DNA of 64,000 bases from an uncultured virus (IMG/VR IMGVR_UViG_3300023178_000038). Lineage: Duplodnaviria; Heunggongvirae; Uroviricota; Caudoviricetes. The DNA lies in IMG/VR virus record IMGVR_UViG_3300023178_000038; one strand, given 5' to 3'. This document shows positions 36,514 to 46,957 of the stretch, piece by piece. Under the pieces are notes generated by a model. It saw nothing but the letters and a program-made list of their open reading frames with translations, searched no databases and had not been told where the DNA came from. Position 1 is the stretch's first letter, and the number at the start of each line of letters is the position of its first letter. The translations under genes and the position numbers were made by a program.

Positions 36514-36857
36514 TAATAATACTCCACTACTTGCCATGATACATAAGGATCACGACCGTTACCTGCTGGTCCATTAGTATATCCTTGAAACATATCAACT
36601 TCTATATTAGTAGATGTAGTTAATTGTACTTCAGGTTTTGCGAATGTACCTAACCAATAATGCGTACTTTGCCACGAATGTACTCCACCTGCACTATCCC
36701 AACTAGCGTTACAAAATAATACCGCATTGTTTAAATCAACTTCAGTTATTGTTATATTAACAATATAAGTACCTTGACTTCCACTAGGTGCAATTAATTG
36801 CTGTCCTCTTTGTATTGATTTAATTCCTGAAGTAGGTGTGCTTTCACTTCTTACCAT
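36513..36857 (-). CDS. Tail paralogue 2
   Basis: IKSIQR, ITEVDLN, QVVEYY; TAATG start. Confidence 0.65.
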   Translation of the reverse strand: MVRSESTPTSGIKSIQRGQQLIAPSGSQGTYIVNITITEVDLNNAVLFCNASWDSAGGVHSWQSTHYWLGTFAKPEVQLTTSTNIEVDMFQGYTNGPAGNGRDPYVSWQVVEYY

Positions 36858-37222
36858 TAATAATACTCCACTACTTGTATAGACCACTGAGCTGTTGGTT
36901 CACCATAATTATGGCTTTGTCCATAATATACACGAACTGTTGTACTGTTTATTAGTGTAGCTGAATTAGTACCACCTTCCCAATACATTTGTGTGTCATT
37001 ACCACCTGTACCCCATTGCCACCAATAACCACCTTCCATCCAACTTTCAACAATTAAAAATGATTTAGTTGTATCTACTTCTGATATTGTTACATCAGTA
37101 CTTCTAGTAGCGTGTGAACCACCTCCACCTTGACCTGTACTAGGAACACTAGCGCTACCAGTTATACGTTGAACAGATTTAATTTGTTGAGAATTAATAT
37201 CCGCTTCGGAATATCTAACCAT
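36857..37222 (-). CDS. Tail paralogue 1
   Basis: IKSVQR, ISEVDTTK, QVVEYY. Confidence 0.65.
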   Translation of the reverse strand: MVRYSEADINSQQIKSVQRITGSASVPSTGQGGGGSHATRSTDVTISEVDTTKSFLIVESWMEGGYWWQWGTGGNDTQMYWEGGTNSATLINSTTVRVYYGQSHNYGEPTAQWSIQVVEYY

Positions 37223-37237
37223 AATTAATCCTTAAAT

Positions 37238-37573
37238 TTAAACTGCTTCTTCAATTCCCCAAACATTAACAACTACACCTGTTGCGTCAGAACTTTCAAC
37301 TACAATACTTCTACCTGCTTCAAGAACAATATTAGTTCTTTCAACAATAGCTTTAGCTTGTAATGTACTATCTAGCTCTACTGTATCAGCAGTATCATAA
37401 GTACCATCTGTTTCATCAGGAATAGCTAAGTTAAATGTTTGAGAAGATGTTGAAATACTTGCAATGTTTACATTGACAACAGCTAATGTACTTGCAGGTA
37501 CTGTGTACACAACTAATGATGTACCAGTAGAAGCTGAAGTAATTGTCTCTTGTCCTAGTATTCCGCTTGCCAT
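37238..37573 (-). CDS. Virion structural/tail-fibre accessory protein
   Basis: MASGILG...YTVPA...ERT.IVL..G...V.VWGIEE. Confidence 0.6.
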   Translation of the reverse strand: MASGILGQETITSASTGTSLVVYTVPASTLAVVNVNIASISTSSQTFNLAIPDETDGTYDTADTVELDSTLQAKAIVERTNIVLEAGRSIVVESSDATGVVVNVWGIEEAV

Positions 37574-37625
37574 TCTATCTCTCCGATCTGTTTCATATAC
37601 TTACTATAGCAAATTGTTATTTTCA

Positions 37626-38336
37626 TTATCCATTTAATGAGAAGAACAATTTACTAGAATTTAAACTTACAGGTGTAGCTATTTGACTTGTGTAAACTTT
37701 CTTGACCGCTAGTGTATCTGCGTCATAGACTAATACTAAATCTGATGATCCGTCTATAGTTATACCTGTTCCATCAGTAGCACCATTTATATCCACAGAA
37801 ATAGTAGGACTTGAATAATCAATTCCATTTCCGCCAACTAATGATGGCGCTGCATTGTCCACATAAGATTTGTTTGCAGCGTCTGCTGCTGCTGTAGGTG
37901 TAGTAAGGTTTGTAATTTTATTGTTGTTAGCGTTTAAATCTGCTGCTAATTTAGGTGTGCCTGCGTCTCCTGAAGCATAACTTACATCTACTACTTGACC
38001 TAATGCGTCAAAAATATCTTCAAATACTTGTTGTACAGGCACCATACGAACTTTTGAGTTTTGTGGGTGTGATAAACCTGAAGCTGCTGCAGATCCTGTA
38101 AGGTATCTATTATCTGTTGTAGTTGTGTTTAATTGTGTAGCTGTAAATGTTCCATCAAAAAATACATACTCTCTTTGTGTAGCACTGTCTGGTTCAATAA
38201 CTAAATAACATGGACTTGTTAATCCAGATGTAGAAGCTACTGTTGCTGTAGTATCACTAGCACCAAACGTACTTGACAATGTAGTTTCAAATGCGTTACG
38301 TGTAAATGTTTCTGCTGCTTTTCTTGTATCTGCCAT
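37626..38336 (-). CDS. Tail fibre/adaptor protein
   Basis: ITNL.TP....DAANKSYVD fibre motif. Confidence 0.7.
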   Translation of the reverse strand: MADTRKAAETFTRNAFETTLSSTFGASDTTATVASTSGLTSPCYLVIEPDSATQREYVFFDGTFTATQLNTTTTDNRYLTGSAAASGLSHPQNSKVRMVPVQQVFEDIFDALGQVVDVSYASGDAGTPKLAADLNANNNKITNLTTPTAAADAANKSYVDNAAPSLVGGNGIDYSSPTISVDINGATDGTGITIDGSSDLVLVYDADTLAVKKVYTSQIATPVSLNSSKLFFSLNG

Positions 38337-38361
38337 ATTCTAAATTCTCCTTGTCAGTATA

Positions 38362-40350
38362 TCACACACCGTATTGGTGTATTCCTAATCTTCCAATACC
38401 AAGTGCGCCTAATGAAGAAATCTCACCAGTACCTGCTGCTTGTCTCTGACCTCTTACTTGTATTGTACAAAACACCATAGTAGATCCTAACTTAGTAATT
38501 TCTTGTACAGGTAACGTAACGTTTTCTACAATACCTCTAATAATTTCATCAGGTTTAAATAAAGTTAAAGTAACTGATTTACCTTCTAGTTTTTTTACAG
38601 CGTCAAATAATTTCTTACCAATACCAGGTATATTTTTTGCACGTTTACCTGGACGCTCTATACGATCAGATACGTTTATAGGTATTCTTGCAATAATATC
38701 TTCTGGTTCTGGGAAAGCACGATAACTATAAGAATAAACTTCAGGACTAGATGTTCTACCACTGTCTGCATTAATTGTTAATTTAGCAACTAGCCATCTA
38801 TTTATAACATTGATCATAGGTATTTCGTTACCACTTTGTGATGTCTCAATTCTAGTTAAAGTAGAGTAACTTGAAGCGTTTGGGTTTTCTAATGCGTCAA
38901 GTTCTGTACTAAATTCTGCTAACACGCTTGATCCTGCAGGTATATCGTTAGTATATAAACGACCACCAATCCATTGTTTTGCTTGTGATGTATAAAAATC
39001 TGCAGCAGGAAGTATTAAGTAACCATTACTGACTAATGTTGCTGCTTCTTTTATTAAACCAACACCTGTAACTAAAAAGAATAATTTACCATTAGCAACA
39101 GCAATACCTTTTACTTTGCCTGATGTACCTGTGTAATAAATATTTCTAGCGTAACCTAATGTTGGTAAGTAAATAGAATATAGATCAGTTTCACTAGCAC
39201 TGTCTATAACACCAAAATATATTTGGTCTCTTGTATTAAAAAATGCAGTAGGACTTTTATCTACTGTTGTCTCGTTATCTCCAAACTCTTTTACTAATTG
39301 TCTTTCATCAAGTGTATACAGCACACCATCTGTTGCAATAGTTCCTCTATATACTCTTCCTATTTTTCCACCGCCTGCTGATGTTTGTGATGTAGAAAAG
39401 AAAATAATACCGTTACTCTCTGTCATATCTACAATGTCTTCACCTTCTATGTATGTTTGTCCTGCAAGCACCAGACCAGATGTTTGATCATCTTTAATTG
39501 CATATATATATCCGTCATCTGCTGCTGCAAGTATTACAGAACCTCCGTCAATAACTGCTGTCCATAAAGATCCTGAAGGTAAATCTTTTATTAAAGGAGG
39601 ACTGCTAGTTCCGTCTAGTTCGTGCAAGTGTCCGTCATCATCAATAGCTAGCAAATAATTTTTTACATTAAATAATCCTGTGTAGATATGTGAAGAATGT
39701 AAATTCATATAGTTAGACCAACCACTTGCAATGTCATCTGCGTCTAATTTTCTTACAATACTATCTGTTCCGTCATTCATAGACACATACAATATATGTC
39801 CTTCTAGCGCCATGCCTGTTACATCAAATCCTGGTCCTGCAGAATATGGATCTGTTTGTGTCCAGGTATCTCCATTATCAGATGAGTAATATACGTCATG
39901 TCCTTGTGCAACATACAACACATCTTCGTGTGCAATAATGTGTTGCTCTGTCTCTGTACTTGCTCTTGCAGTTACAGCAGTAGTTTCATTTAATAACTCT
40001 ATACTGTATGCTTTACCACTATCATCTGCATTCTTAAATACATTAATACCTTTGCTATCAAAAAATCTTCTAAAGTCATTGGTGCCTTGTATTCTTTGAT
40101 GTGCTTGATCTAAACCTGCGCCACCAGAAAAATCAGATCGTGCAAAAGATTGACCAAACTCTGCTCTAAACTCTTCAGGTACTTGCGCTGTGTTAACTTG
40201 TTGCGCAGATAGTGGTGCAGTAGTAATAGATAATTCTCTACCTGGTGCTACTGCAAGTCTAAGTAAGATGTCTGTAATACCATCAGATATTTGTGCCTGG
40301 TAGCCAAAAGCTAACGGATTTGTAACGTTAGAAGTTGAAGGTAAAGGCAT
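38362..40350 (-). CDS. Tail nozzle/tubular protein B-like (beta-propeller)
   Basis: 662 aa beta-rich, position after adaptor. Confidence 0.6.
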   Translation of the reverse strand: MPLPSTSNVTNPLAFGYQAQISDGITDILLRLAVAPGRELSITTAPLSAQQVNTAQVPEEFRAEFGQSFARSDFSGGAGLDQAHQRIQGTNDFRRFFDSKGINVFKNADDSGKAYSIELLNETTAVTARASTETEQHIIAHEDVLYVAQGHDVYYSSDNGDTWTQTDPYSAGPGFDVTGMALEGHILYVSMNDGTDSIVRKLDADDIASGWSNYMNLHSSHIYTGLFNVKNYLLAIDDDGHLHELDGTSSPPLIKDLPSGSLWTAVIDGGSVILAAADDGYIYAIKDDQTSGLVLAGQTYIEGEDIVDMTESNGIIFFSTSQTSAGGGKIGRVYRGTIATDGVLYTLDERQLVKEFGDNETTVDKSPTAFFNTRDQIYFGVIDSASETDLYSIYLPTLGYARNIYYTGTSGKVKGIAVANGKLFFLVTGVGLIKEAATLVSNGYLILPAADFYTSQAKQWIGGRLYTNDIPAGSSVLAEFSTELDALENPNASSYSTLTRIETSQSGNEIPMINVINRWLVAKLTINADSGRTSSPEVYSYSYRAFPEPEDIIARIPINVSDRIERPGKRAKNIPGIGKKLFDAVKKLEGKSVTLTLFKPDEIIRGIVENVTLPVQEITKLGSTMVFCTIQVRGQRQAAGTGEISSLGALGIGRLGIHQYGV

Positions 40351-41294
40351 TAGGTAAAGCTGATTCCATATAACTCTACGCCTTGTGGAAAGCGTGATCT
40401 CTGTTCTCTTCTTGCTCTATCTAATAATACTCCGTAGTATCTTAACAATGCGTTACGTAATCTCTCTCCAGATCCTACAGGTATTCCTCTTTGTTCTAAG
40501 TTTTCTGTAATGTAATCTTGTGTTGTAGCGTCAACATCTAGCTCTGATAGTAACTGTGCTACAGCACCAACCATAACTATTTGCTCATGGAAATCTTCTA
40601 ATCCAGATACAGAATTTAAATCATCTGTTTCTGCACTAGGTCTTGTAAATTTTGAAGCATAAACAACATATACAGTTTTACCTGATGTAGGTGCAGTAGG
40701 AAATTGTACTGCTGCTTCTGTTGTTGATCCTGCAAAATCTGTAAGTAACTCTAATGCAACGTCACTGTATACAGTAGTAGAAGATCCAGATGTTGAGTTA
40801 TCCATTTTTGCTTGTAATATTCTTTGTGTTCCTGCAGGCATTTCTACAAATTGTGTAGATGATGTAGTTATAGACGTTTTCTTTACAGCATATAAGGCAG
40901 GATATAAACCTATAACTTGATCTCCAATAGCATTAGCTACATTTAATCTAGGATATTTAGGTTTTAAAATTATATCTGTATCGTTAGTATGTTCTACTGC
41001 AGTAGATCCTAACCTACCACGTTCTACAGTTATTTCACGTGATACTGTATTAATGTTTTCAACCATTAAAAGTTCTTGATCTATTTCTAAAACAGAACCT
41101 GCACCAATAAGCTCTTCTTCTTCTGGTGTAAAAAGTCCTTCTTTGTACTGTAAAGTTGTGCCACTTGATGTTAAACCTTGCGCACCACCAGATATACTAT
41201 CAAGATTAGCAACTTGTGTTAACGGTTCTTGTTCCTCTACAGGTCTAAGATACTCTCTGTAAGTTCTGTCGATAAGTTGACCGAATGTTGACAT
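40350..41294 (-). CDS. Tail tubular protein A / head-tail adaptor-like
   Basis: MSTFGQLI.R start, VERG.LGS.A..H motif, downstream of MCP. Confidence 0.6.
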   Translation of the reverse strand: MSTFGQLIDRTYREYLRPVEEQEPLTQVANLDSISGGAQGLTSSGTTLQYKEGLFTPEEEELIGAGSVLEIDQELLMVENINTVSREITVERGRLGSTAVEHTNDTDIILKPKYPRLNVANAIGDQVIGLYPALYAVKKTSITTSSTQFVEMPAGTQRILQAKMDNSTSGSSTTVYSDVALELLTDFAGSTTEAAVQFPTAPTSGKTVYVVYASKFTRPSAETDDLNSVSGLEDFHEQIVMVGAVAQLLSELDVDATTQDYITENLEQRGIPVGSGERLRNALLRYYGVLLDRARREQRSRFPQGVELYGISFT

Positions 41295-41302
41295 TGGTCC
41301 TC

Positions 41303-41647
41303 CTAAGCAGTTCTAAATAATAATTTAATTTTTCTGTCAGCAGCTTCTGTTCCGTCAGATGTAACTCTTATATATCCATTGGAAGCAAATGCCCAACCAC
41401 TAGGATCTATACGCACTACATTACCTGCGCTAACTGTATAAGATACTTCAGTTCCGTCAGTTTCAAATACATCTACCCAACTAGAGTTATCTACTGAATA
41501 GTCAAATGTAATTGCTGTTCCTGTCATTGTTGCAGGAAAAACAACACCGCAGAGTAACATATTTTCTACGTTAACACCTTCGCTGTTGCTTGCGTCTTCT
41601 GAAACATCTATTAAAGCTACTTCGCTTTTACTCATTCCGTATGCCAT
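41303..41647 (-). CDS. Small virion protein (possible head decoration)
   Basis: 114 aa beta-rich, directly after MCP. Confidence 0.5.
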   Translation of the reverse strand: MAYGMSKSEVALIDVSEDASNSEGVNVENMLLCGVVFPATMTGTAITFDYSVDNSSWVDVFETDGTEVSYTVSAGNVVRIDPSGWAFASNGYIRVTSDGTEAADRKIKLLFRTA

Positions 41648-41665
41648 GATGTCCTTATTTTAACA

Positions 41666-41706
41666 TACTCTAAAGACCGCTAAGGTGGATTAGCGGTCTT
41701 AGAGTA
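41666..41706 (-). terminator. Hairpin downstream of MCP, copy B
   Basis: Identical to 5-45. Confidence 0.65.
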
Positions 41707-41722
41707 TTAATAATTAGTAGGA

Positions 41723-42769
41723 TTAACCTACTACGTTGTCGATTGCACAGTGATATTGTTGTGGTCCGAAATCGAAAGCCATTTCCATGTATACTGCTTT
41801 TGCAATTCTTGCTTGATCGTTTTGATCTAAGTCTCTTACAAACATAGTTCCATAACCTGGAATGTTAAGGAATACTGGTTTGACAAAACTAAGGTCAACG
41901 ATAAATGCTTGCTTAGAACCAGATATAGTTCCTGCAGGCAAGTAGTCAGATAATGCCATTCCGAGTGAACCGAATGGTGTGACGATTGTATCAATGTCAA
42001 CACCTCCGACATTTCTGTCTCTTGGTATAATACCATAATTAACGTCTCCAACTGAAGCACTAATTAATTCTTTGTTAAGATCCAACAACATTGTTGGAGA
42101 AACAAAAAGCACTGGTTGTCTCATTGGTGCGCCTGCGTCATACAACGCTTTCATAGCGTCAGCTATGATTGACCAGTTTAATTTTTGTGCTGCAGCAGGA
42201 TCTCCTCCGTCATCATTGTTGACAGAGTTTCCGCCTGATAAGTCTTGGTGTTCTTTAAGACCTCTCATCTGACGATTACCTGTAGTACCGTCATTGTAAG
42301 AAGCGTTAAATGCTGACCATTCGACTTTCTTTGCTACTTGCTCTAATACTAATTCCATCTGATAAGCTAACTCATCAGTAATTGGATTGTTACCTGCTAA
42401 TGCTAATGCAGGATCGGAGTTCTTATAGTTCCCTGATAATTGAAACGGTACAATTTCTCCAGAAGCTGCTTGTGCAGTATAAGATACTTGCGCTGCTTCA
42501 TGGAAAATTTGTAGTGTACCCTGTTGTGAACTTCTGCTTCTTCCAGAATAGTTAGGTGAACCACCTTCATCATCTGGAGTAACAGCAGTCACTACGGCGT
42601 TATCTTGTGTTTGGAACTGGAAGAATGTTGAGTTGATCGCAACTCCTCCGTTAAGTCCGCCTGCAGCAGCTAGCAATGGTGTTCTATGAGGTGTGATTTT
42701 AAATAATTCACCAGTAAAGTTATTAACGTCACTAGCAACTATTGGATTAGCACCTGATATTGCTGCCAT
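41723..42769 (-). CDS. Major capsid protein, copy B
   Basis: Same length and near-identical to 62-1108. Confidence 0.85.
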   Translation of the reverse strand: MAAISGANPIVASDVNNFTGELFKITPHRTPLLAAAGGLNGGVAINSTFFQFQTQDNAVVTAVTPDDEGGSPNYSGRSRSSQQGTLQIFHEAAQVSYTAQAASGEIVPFQLSGNYKNSDPALALAGNNPITDELAYQMELVLEQVAKKVEWSAFNASYNDGTTGNRQMRGLKEHQDLSGGNSVNNDDGGDPAAAQKLNWSIIADAMKALYDAGAPMRQPVLFVSPTMLLDLNKELISASVGDVNYGIIPRDRNVGGVDIDTIVTPFGSLGMALSDYLPAGTISGSKQAFIVDLSFVKPVFLNIPGYGTMFVRDLDQNDQARIAKAVYMEMAFDFGPQQYHCAIDNVVG

Positions 42770-42801
42770 ATTCTACTATTTCCCTTCTCTCTTACGAGAT
42801 A

Positions 42802-43248
42802 TTATTTTCTTTTAAGTTCTTCTTGTAAAGCTAATTTTGCTCTTAGACTATCTCTAACAGAAGTGTCTCCACTTGCTATAACGTCTTGCATTTTCTGTGT
42901 CCAATCTGCAGGTTGTGCAGCTACAGAGTTTTGTTGTATCTGTGTTAGCTTATCGTCACTTTCAGCGATCTTCGCAGCAGCTACTTCGTTGTTCTGCTGT
43001 ACTTCAGTATCGATATTGTAAGTTTCTTTAAGCCATTGTCCTAGTTCTGCAGTATCTGGTTTTCCATCATAAAGATCAAAAGCCATCTTACCTGTGCCAG
43101 AGTGAGGATCTAATCCAACATCTTTAAATAAAGAAGTCTTTACAACATTCTTTAATTCTTTATTCTCTTGTTCTACAGATTTAAGTTTTTCCCTTAAACC
43201 TTTTATACCTTCGTTGGTTTCCATGCTTTCCATTGTTTCGTCTGTCAT
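42802..43248 (-). CDS. Putative scaffolding protein, copy B
   Basis: Near-identical to 1137-1583. Confidence 0.7.
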   Translation of the reverse strand: MTDETMESMETNEGIKGLREKLKSVEQENKELKNVVKTSLFKDVGLDPHSGTGKMAFDLYDGKPDTAELGQWLKETYNIDTEVQQNNEVAAAKIAESDDKLTQIQQNSVAAQPADWTQKMQDVIASGDTSVRDSLRAKLALQEELKRK

Positions 43249-43473
43249 TGATATTCTCCATTTCTCACACTATTACACTAATCTCCAATAAGGTGTGGAT
43301 CATATTGGGAGTGATTACAGTATTTGTTTACATGCTGAATCGGCGCTGTAATTACGCATACAACACCTCTACGAATTTAATACGTGGCAAGGACGTAGGA
43401 ACCCTATGCCAGAGTTGTCGATCTATTATTTACTTGGCGGATTCTGACCACGCCAATACAAATAGTATAGCAC
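43249..43473 (-). promoter_or_regulatory. Promoter and structured leader of scaffold/capsid operon, copy B
   Basis: Aligns with 1584-1805. Confidence 0.7.
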
Positions 43474-43498
43474 ATAAAATGACTGTTTTAGATTTTTT

Positions 43499-44764
43499 TT
43501 ATTGTTCGACTAATCCTGTTACGCCTGCTTGTGTTTGTGCAGCGCCACCTTCACGTGTGAACACTGTAGCTTGCTCTGCTTCTAGTTTTTCACGTACTTG
43601 TGCAGCTACTCCTTCACCAAATACTTCTGATTCAATAAACTCTGATAAACCAAATATATCTTCTCTACCTGTAAATCTTCTAGCAAGTCTTTGTAATCTT
43701 GGTAGCTGTGTCTCTGCTCTAGCTGCTAACTGTTGCGCACCAGTACCAGATAAACCTGCACTAACTAATCGTTGTGCTTGTTGTGCTGAAACTGCAAAGT
43801 CTTCTTCTTTAAATGCACCACCAATCTGTGATACTTTAACTCTTTGTGAAATAATATCTGCTGATACATCTTCTGATATAAAGCTAGCAAATATAGCTTC
43901 ATCAGATATGTCATCAGTTGTAGGAAACTGTCCAGGATAGTTCTCTACATAGTATTGTTTTACTGCGTCAAACTGATTAAACAGTGATGTATATGCAGTA
44001 TCTAATCTTGTACCAAATGTTTGTGGATCAACATCATTTTCAAACAATTGTGTAATCTTGTCCTCAAAGTAACTAGGATTTAAATTGTAATCTTCTAATG
44101 CGTTAAAATAATCTTCCTTCATCTTAATGTAATCTAGTTCTGGTGTCTCTGTAGTAAACCTAAGTGTTGTACCATCTTCTCTAAATATTCCAGGAAACTT
44201 ATCTTTGTATGCTTGTGTACCTCTCATTGTACGTAACGCTTCATCTACGTCACCACCATTAGAATTGTATTCACCTATAAATGTTTCAAGTAACTCTTCA
44301 CCTAAATAGCTATAGTTAGCTTGTGCAAACTCTCTAGCATTAAACTGTTCTTGTGGATCTCCTGGAACTGGTGCAGGAGGTGGAGGATCTGGTACACCTG
44401 GATCACTTGGACCTAAATCTTGTTCTTCTATTCTTCCATCTTTGTATATAGTTTGAAATACAATTCTTCCATTTTTAATTATTGTTTGTGTTGACGCTAC
44501 TTCATCACCAGTTGGTTCTGGATCAGGATCTGGATCAGGTTGTGGTTCAGGATCTGGTTCAGATACTACTGCTGCTGCTTGTGGTTCTTCTTCTGCAAGT
44601 GCAGCTAATCTAGCTTCTTGTTCTCTTTGTGCTACTACTGCTGCGCTTTGTGCAGCTTGTTCACGTACTGCACTTAAATCCATGTCAGCAGATAATTCTG
44701 TTTGCAATGGACGAGGTCCTAATCTTGGTCCTAATTGCATAATTCTACCTAATATACCGCTCAT
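43499..44764 (-). CDS. Putative virion/internal protein, copy B
   Basis: Homologue of 1937-3238. Confidence 0.6.
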   Translation of the reverse strand: MSGILGRIMQLGPRLGPRPLQTELSADMDLSAVREQAAQSAAVVAQREQEARLAALAEEEPQAAAVVSEPDPEPQPDPDPDPEPTGDEVASTQTIIKNGRIVFQTIYKDGRIEEQDLGPSDPGVPDPPPPAPVPGDPQEQFNAREFAQANYSYLGEELLETFIGEYNSNGGDVDEALRTMRGTQAYKDKFPGIFREDGTTLRFTTETPELDYIKMKEDYFNALEDYNLNPSYFEDKITQLFENDVDPQTFGTRLDTAYTSLFNQFDAVKQYYVENYPGQFPTTDDISDEAIFASFISEDVSADIISQRVKVSQIGGAFKEEDFAVSAQQAQRLVSAGLSGTGAQQLAARAETQLPRLQRLARRFTGREDIFGLSEFIESEVFGEGVAAQVREKLEAEQATVFTREGGAAQTQAGVTGLVEQ

Positions 44765-46008
44765 AACCCAAACCTTCCTCCGCCAGTTGATCTAGCGCCT
44801 GCTTTACCAAATACTCTCTCCATGTCTGATTTAAATTGATCTCTATATGTTTGTGAACCTGACTCTGCTGCTGCAGCAAATGCAATATCTTTACGTTCTG
44901 CTACATCATTAGTTGCAATAAATTGATTCCATTGTGCAGATCTTTCATCTGGTGCTGCACCTGTAATGCTCTGCCATTCTGTTCTAAGGTCTGGTGCAAT
45001 ATCTTCGTATGCTTTAACATTAGTTCCTGCATACTGTGTAAACTTTGCTTGAAATTGATCTTGTAGTTTAGGTAAAAACTCTTGTGTAAATGCTGTAGGA
45101 TTATCCTGGTAATTAGCAAGTAACTGTTCTAAGTTGTAATTATCTGCAACTCCTGGACCTAGTATAGAGTTAATAGTATTTTCCATTTGTCTTGTAAGTT
45201 CTATTGTCTCTAATGTCTTACCTTCTAATGCAGCTTTTACTTCTGGATCTAATGTATATCTAATTAAAGGATTAGCTAACTTCTGTAAAGTTTTAGTAAT
45301 ATCATCATCAGTGAATGTACCGTATTGATACTTCTGTGTAATAGCGTCAATGACTTTAGGATCTAACTCTGTTATACCTGCAGCCATCATTCTGCTTATT
45401 ATGTCTTCTCTTTTCTTTATGCCACGTTGACTAAATGTTGCAGGATCCTGGTGTGCAAATAACATCTCCTGGCGTTCTGTAGCTGTATGTGTCTTCCACC
45501 AGGTTGTTTGTGCTAGTTCTGCTTCTCTTGCAGTTCTACCTTCTTTAGCTGCTTCTAATACAACAGCAAGATAATCATATTGACCTTGTGCATTTTTACT
45601 AAACATATATGGTTTATACTTTGCTTCAGTCTCTAATGATTCTATAAAGTATTCATATCCTGCAGCACCGTCTTCAACTTGCCCACTAATAGCAGCTAAT
45701 TGATTGTGTGTGCCAAAATAAAAACTATTTACATAATCATCAACATCTATAGTTGTATCACCTTCTGTACTGTATACATCTCCGTCTTTAGTAACTACTA
45801 CATCTGGAGTTACTGTTGTACCTATTTGTGCTATTTCTTTTAGATCGTTAACTTTGTATCTAAACGTAAAATTTTCTAGTCCAGGAGACAATTGTGCAGC
45901 TTCAGGTGGTAATTGGAATACAAGATAATATACACTTTGACCTGCTTCGTTTATTTCCTGCCATAGTTCTGTATCGCTAGGTAGTTGTGGTATGAGATTA
46001 GCTGCCAT
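44761..46008 (-). CDS. Putative virion/internal protein, copy B (start MAANL)
   Basis: Homologue of 3235-4479. Confidence 0.55.
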   Translation of the reverse strand: MAANLIPQLPSDTELWQEINEAGQSVYYLVFQLPPEAAQLSPGLENFTFRYKVNDLKEIAQIGTTVTPDVVVTKDGDVYSTEGDTTIDVDDYVNSFYFGTHNQLAAISGQVEDGAAGYEYFIESLETEAKYKPYMFSKNAQGQYDYLAVVLEAAKEGRTAREAELAQTTWWKTHTATERQEMLFAHQDPATFSQRGIKKREDIISRMMAAGITELDPKVIDAITQKYQYGTFTDDDITKTLQKLANPLIRYTLDPEVKAALEGKTLETIELTRQMENTINSILGPGVADNYNLEQLLANYQDNPTAFTQEFLPKLQDQFQAKFTQYAGTNVKAYEDIAPDLRTEWQSITGAAPDERSAQWNQFIATNDVAERKDIAFAAAAESGSQTYRDQFKSDMERVFGKAGARSTGGGRFGL

Positions 46009-46957
46009 AAATACCTGCAAATGGTTTAAGTTTTTCTATTTTTTTGTCAGCAAAATTTGTCATATCAGGATTATCTTCTTTTAGTTTCTTGTATGCGTCA
46101 ATTAAAGTCATTGCTCTATCTTTAATATTAACAGGCATTTTGTCTCTTAATTCTAATATATGCAACATGTCTGCTGTGTTCTTTTCGTTGCGTTGCATTA
46201 CTTCATCTGACCAGGATTTAAAAACTCTTGTACGATTCTGCTTTTGTACCATTTCATATAGCTCTTTAAAACCTGCGTCACCATTAGGATCGTTGTAATT
46301 ACTGTATGCACGCCAACCATTGAGACCATTATCGTTATATATAGTAGAAGCAATAAGTAAATGCTTATCTAAATTGTTTATATCTTTTAAAAACTTAATA
46401 GCTTCATCACGATTCTCTTCAAATAGCTCTGCACCTACAGCATTTCTACCTTCAATAGTTTTTTCTTTATTAATAATTTCTTTGTATTTATCGTCCATAG
46501 CTAGCATAACGTATGTTTTATTTACACCTGATACATCTATTTGCAATAAACCATAACTCTCACCTCTTCCAGGAACGTTATATTCTGCATGTGCATTGTA
46601 AGGTACGTTGTTTATATTTAAAATCTCACCGTCTTTAGTGCGATTACTTGCACTCTCAACACCAAATATTGTAAGTAGTTCGTCCATTTCATCTACAGTA
46701 TTGTTATAAAATGCAGCTTTACTTCTTCCATTTAAATCTGATATATCATCATCTCTAAAGTTTTGCATTGCTTCTAGTAACCTATCTGGATTAACTACAC
46801 CAATACCATTCTCTCTGTATTTAATTTCTGGATATTTGCCGCCACCTTCTATAACTGGAAAACTTCTTATATCAAACATATTATTCGTGCCTAACTCCTG
46901 ATCCTCCACCACCTGCGGTGTAAAAAGAATTGCTGTAACGAGAAGTGTCACTAACAT
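45998..46957 (-). CDS. SLT-like lytic transglycosylase (true start probably MFDIRS, 46879)
   Basis: IFGVES, SYGLLQI, IY...GLNGWRAY motifs. Confidence 0.7.
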   Translation of the reverse strand: MLVTLLVTAILFTPQVVEDQELGTNNMFDIRSFPVIEGGGKYPEIKYRENGIGVVNPDRLLEAMQNFRDDDISDLNGRSKAAFYNNTVDEMDELLTIFGVESASNRTKDGEILNINNVPYNAHAEYNVPGRGESYGLLQIDVSGVNKTYVMLAMDDKYKEIINKEKTIEGRNAVGAELFEENRDEAIKFLKDINNLDKHLLIASTIYNDNGLNGWRAYSNYNDPNGDAGFKELYEMVQKQNRTRVFKSWSDEVMQRNEKNTADMLHILELRDKMPVNIKDRAMTLIDAYKKLKEDNPDMTNFADKKIEKLKPFAGIYGS

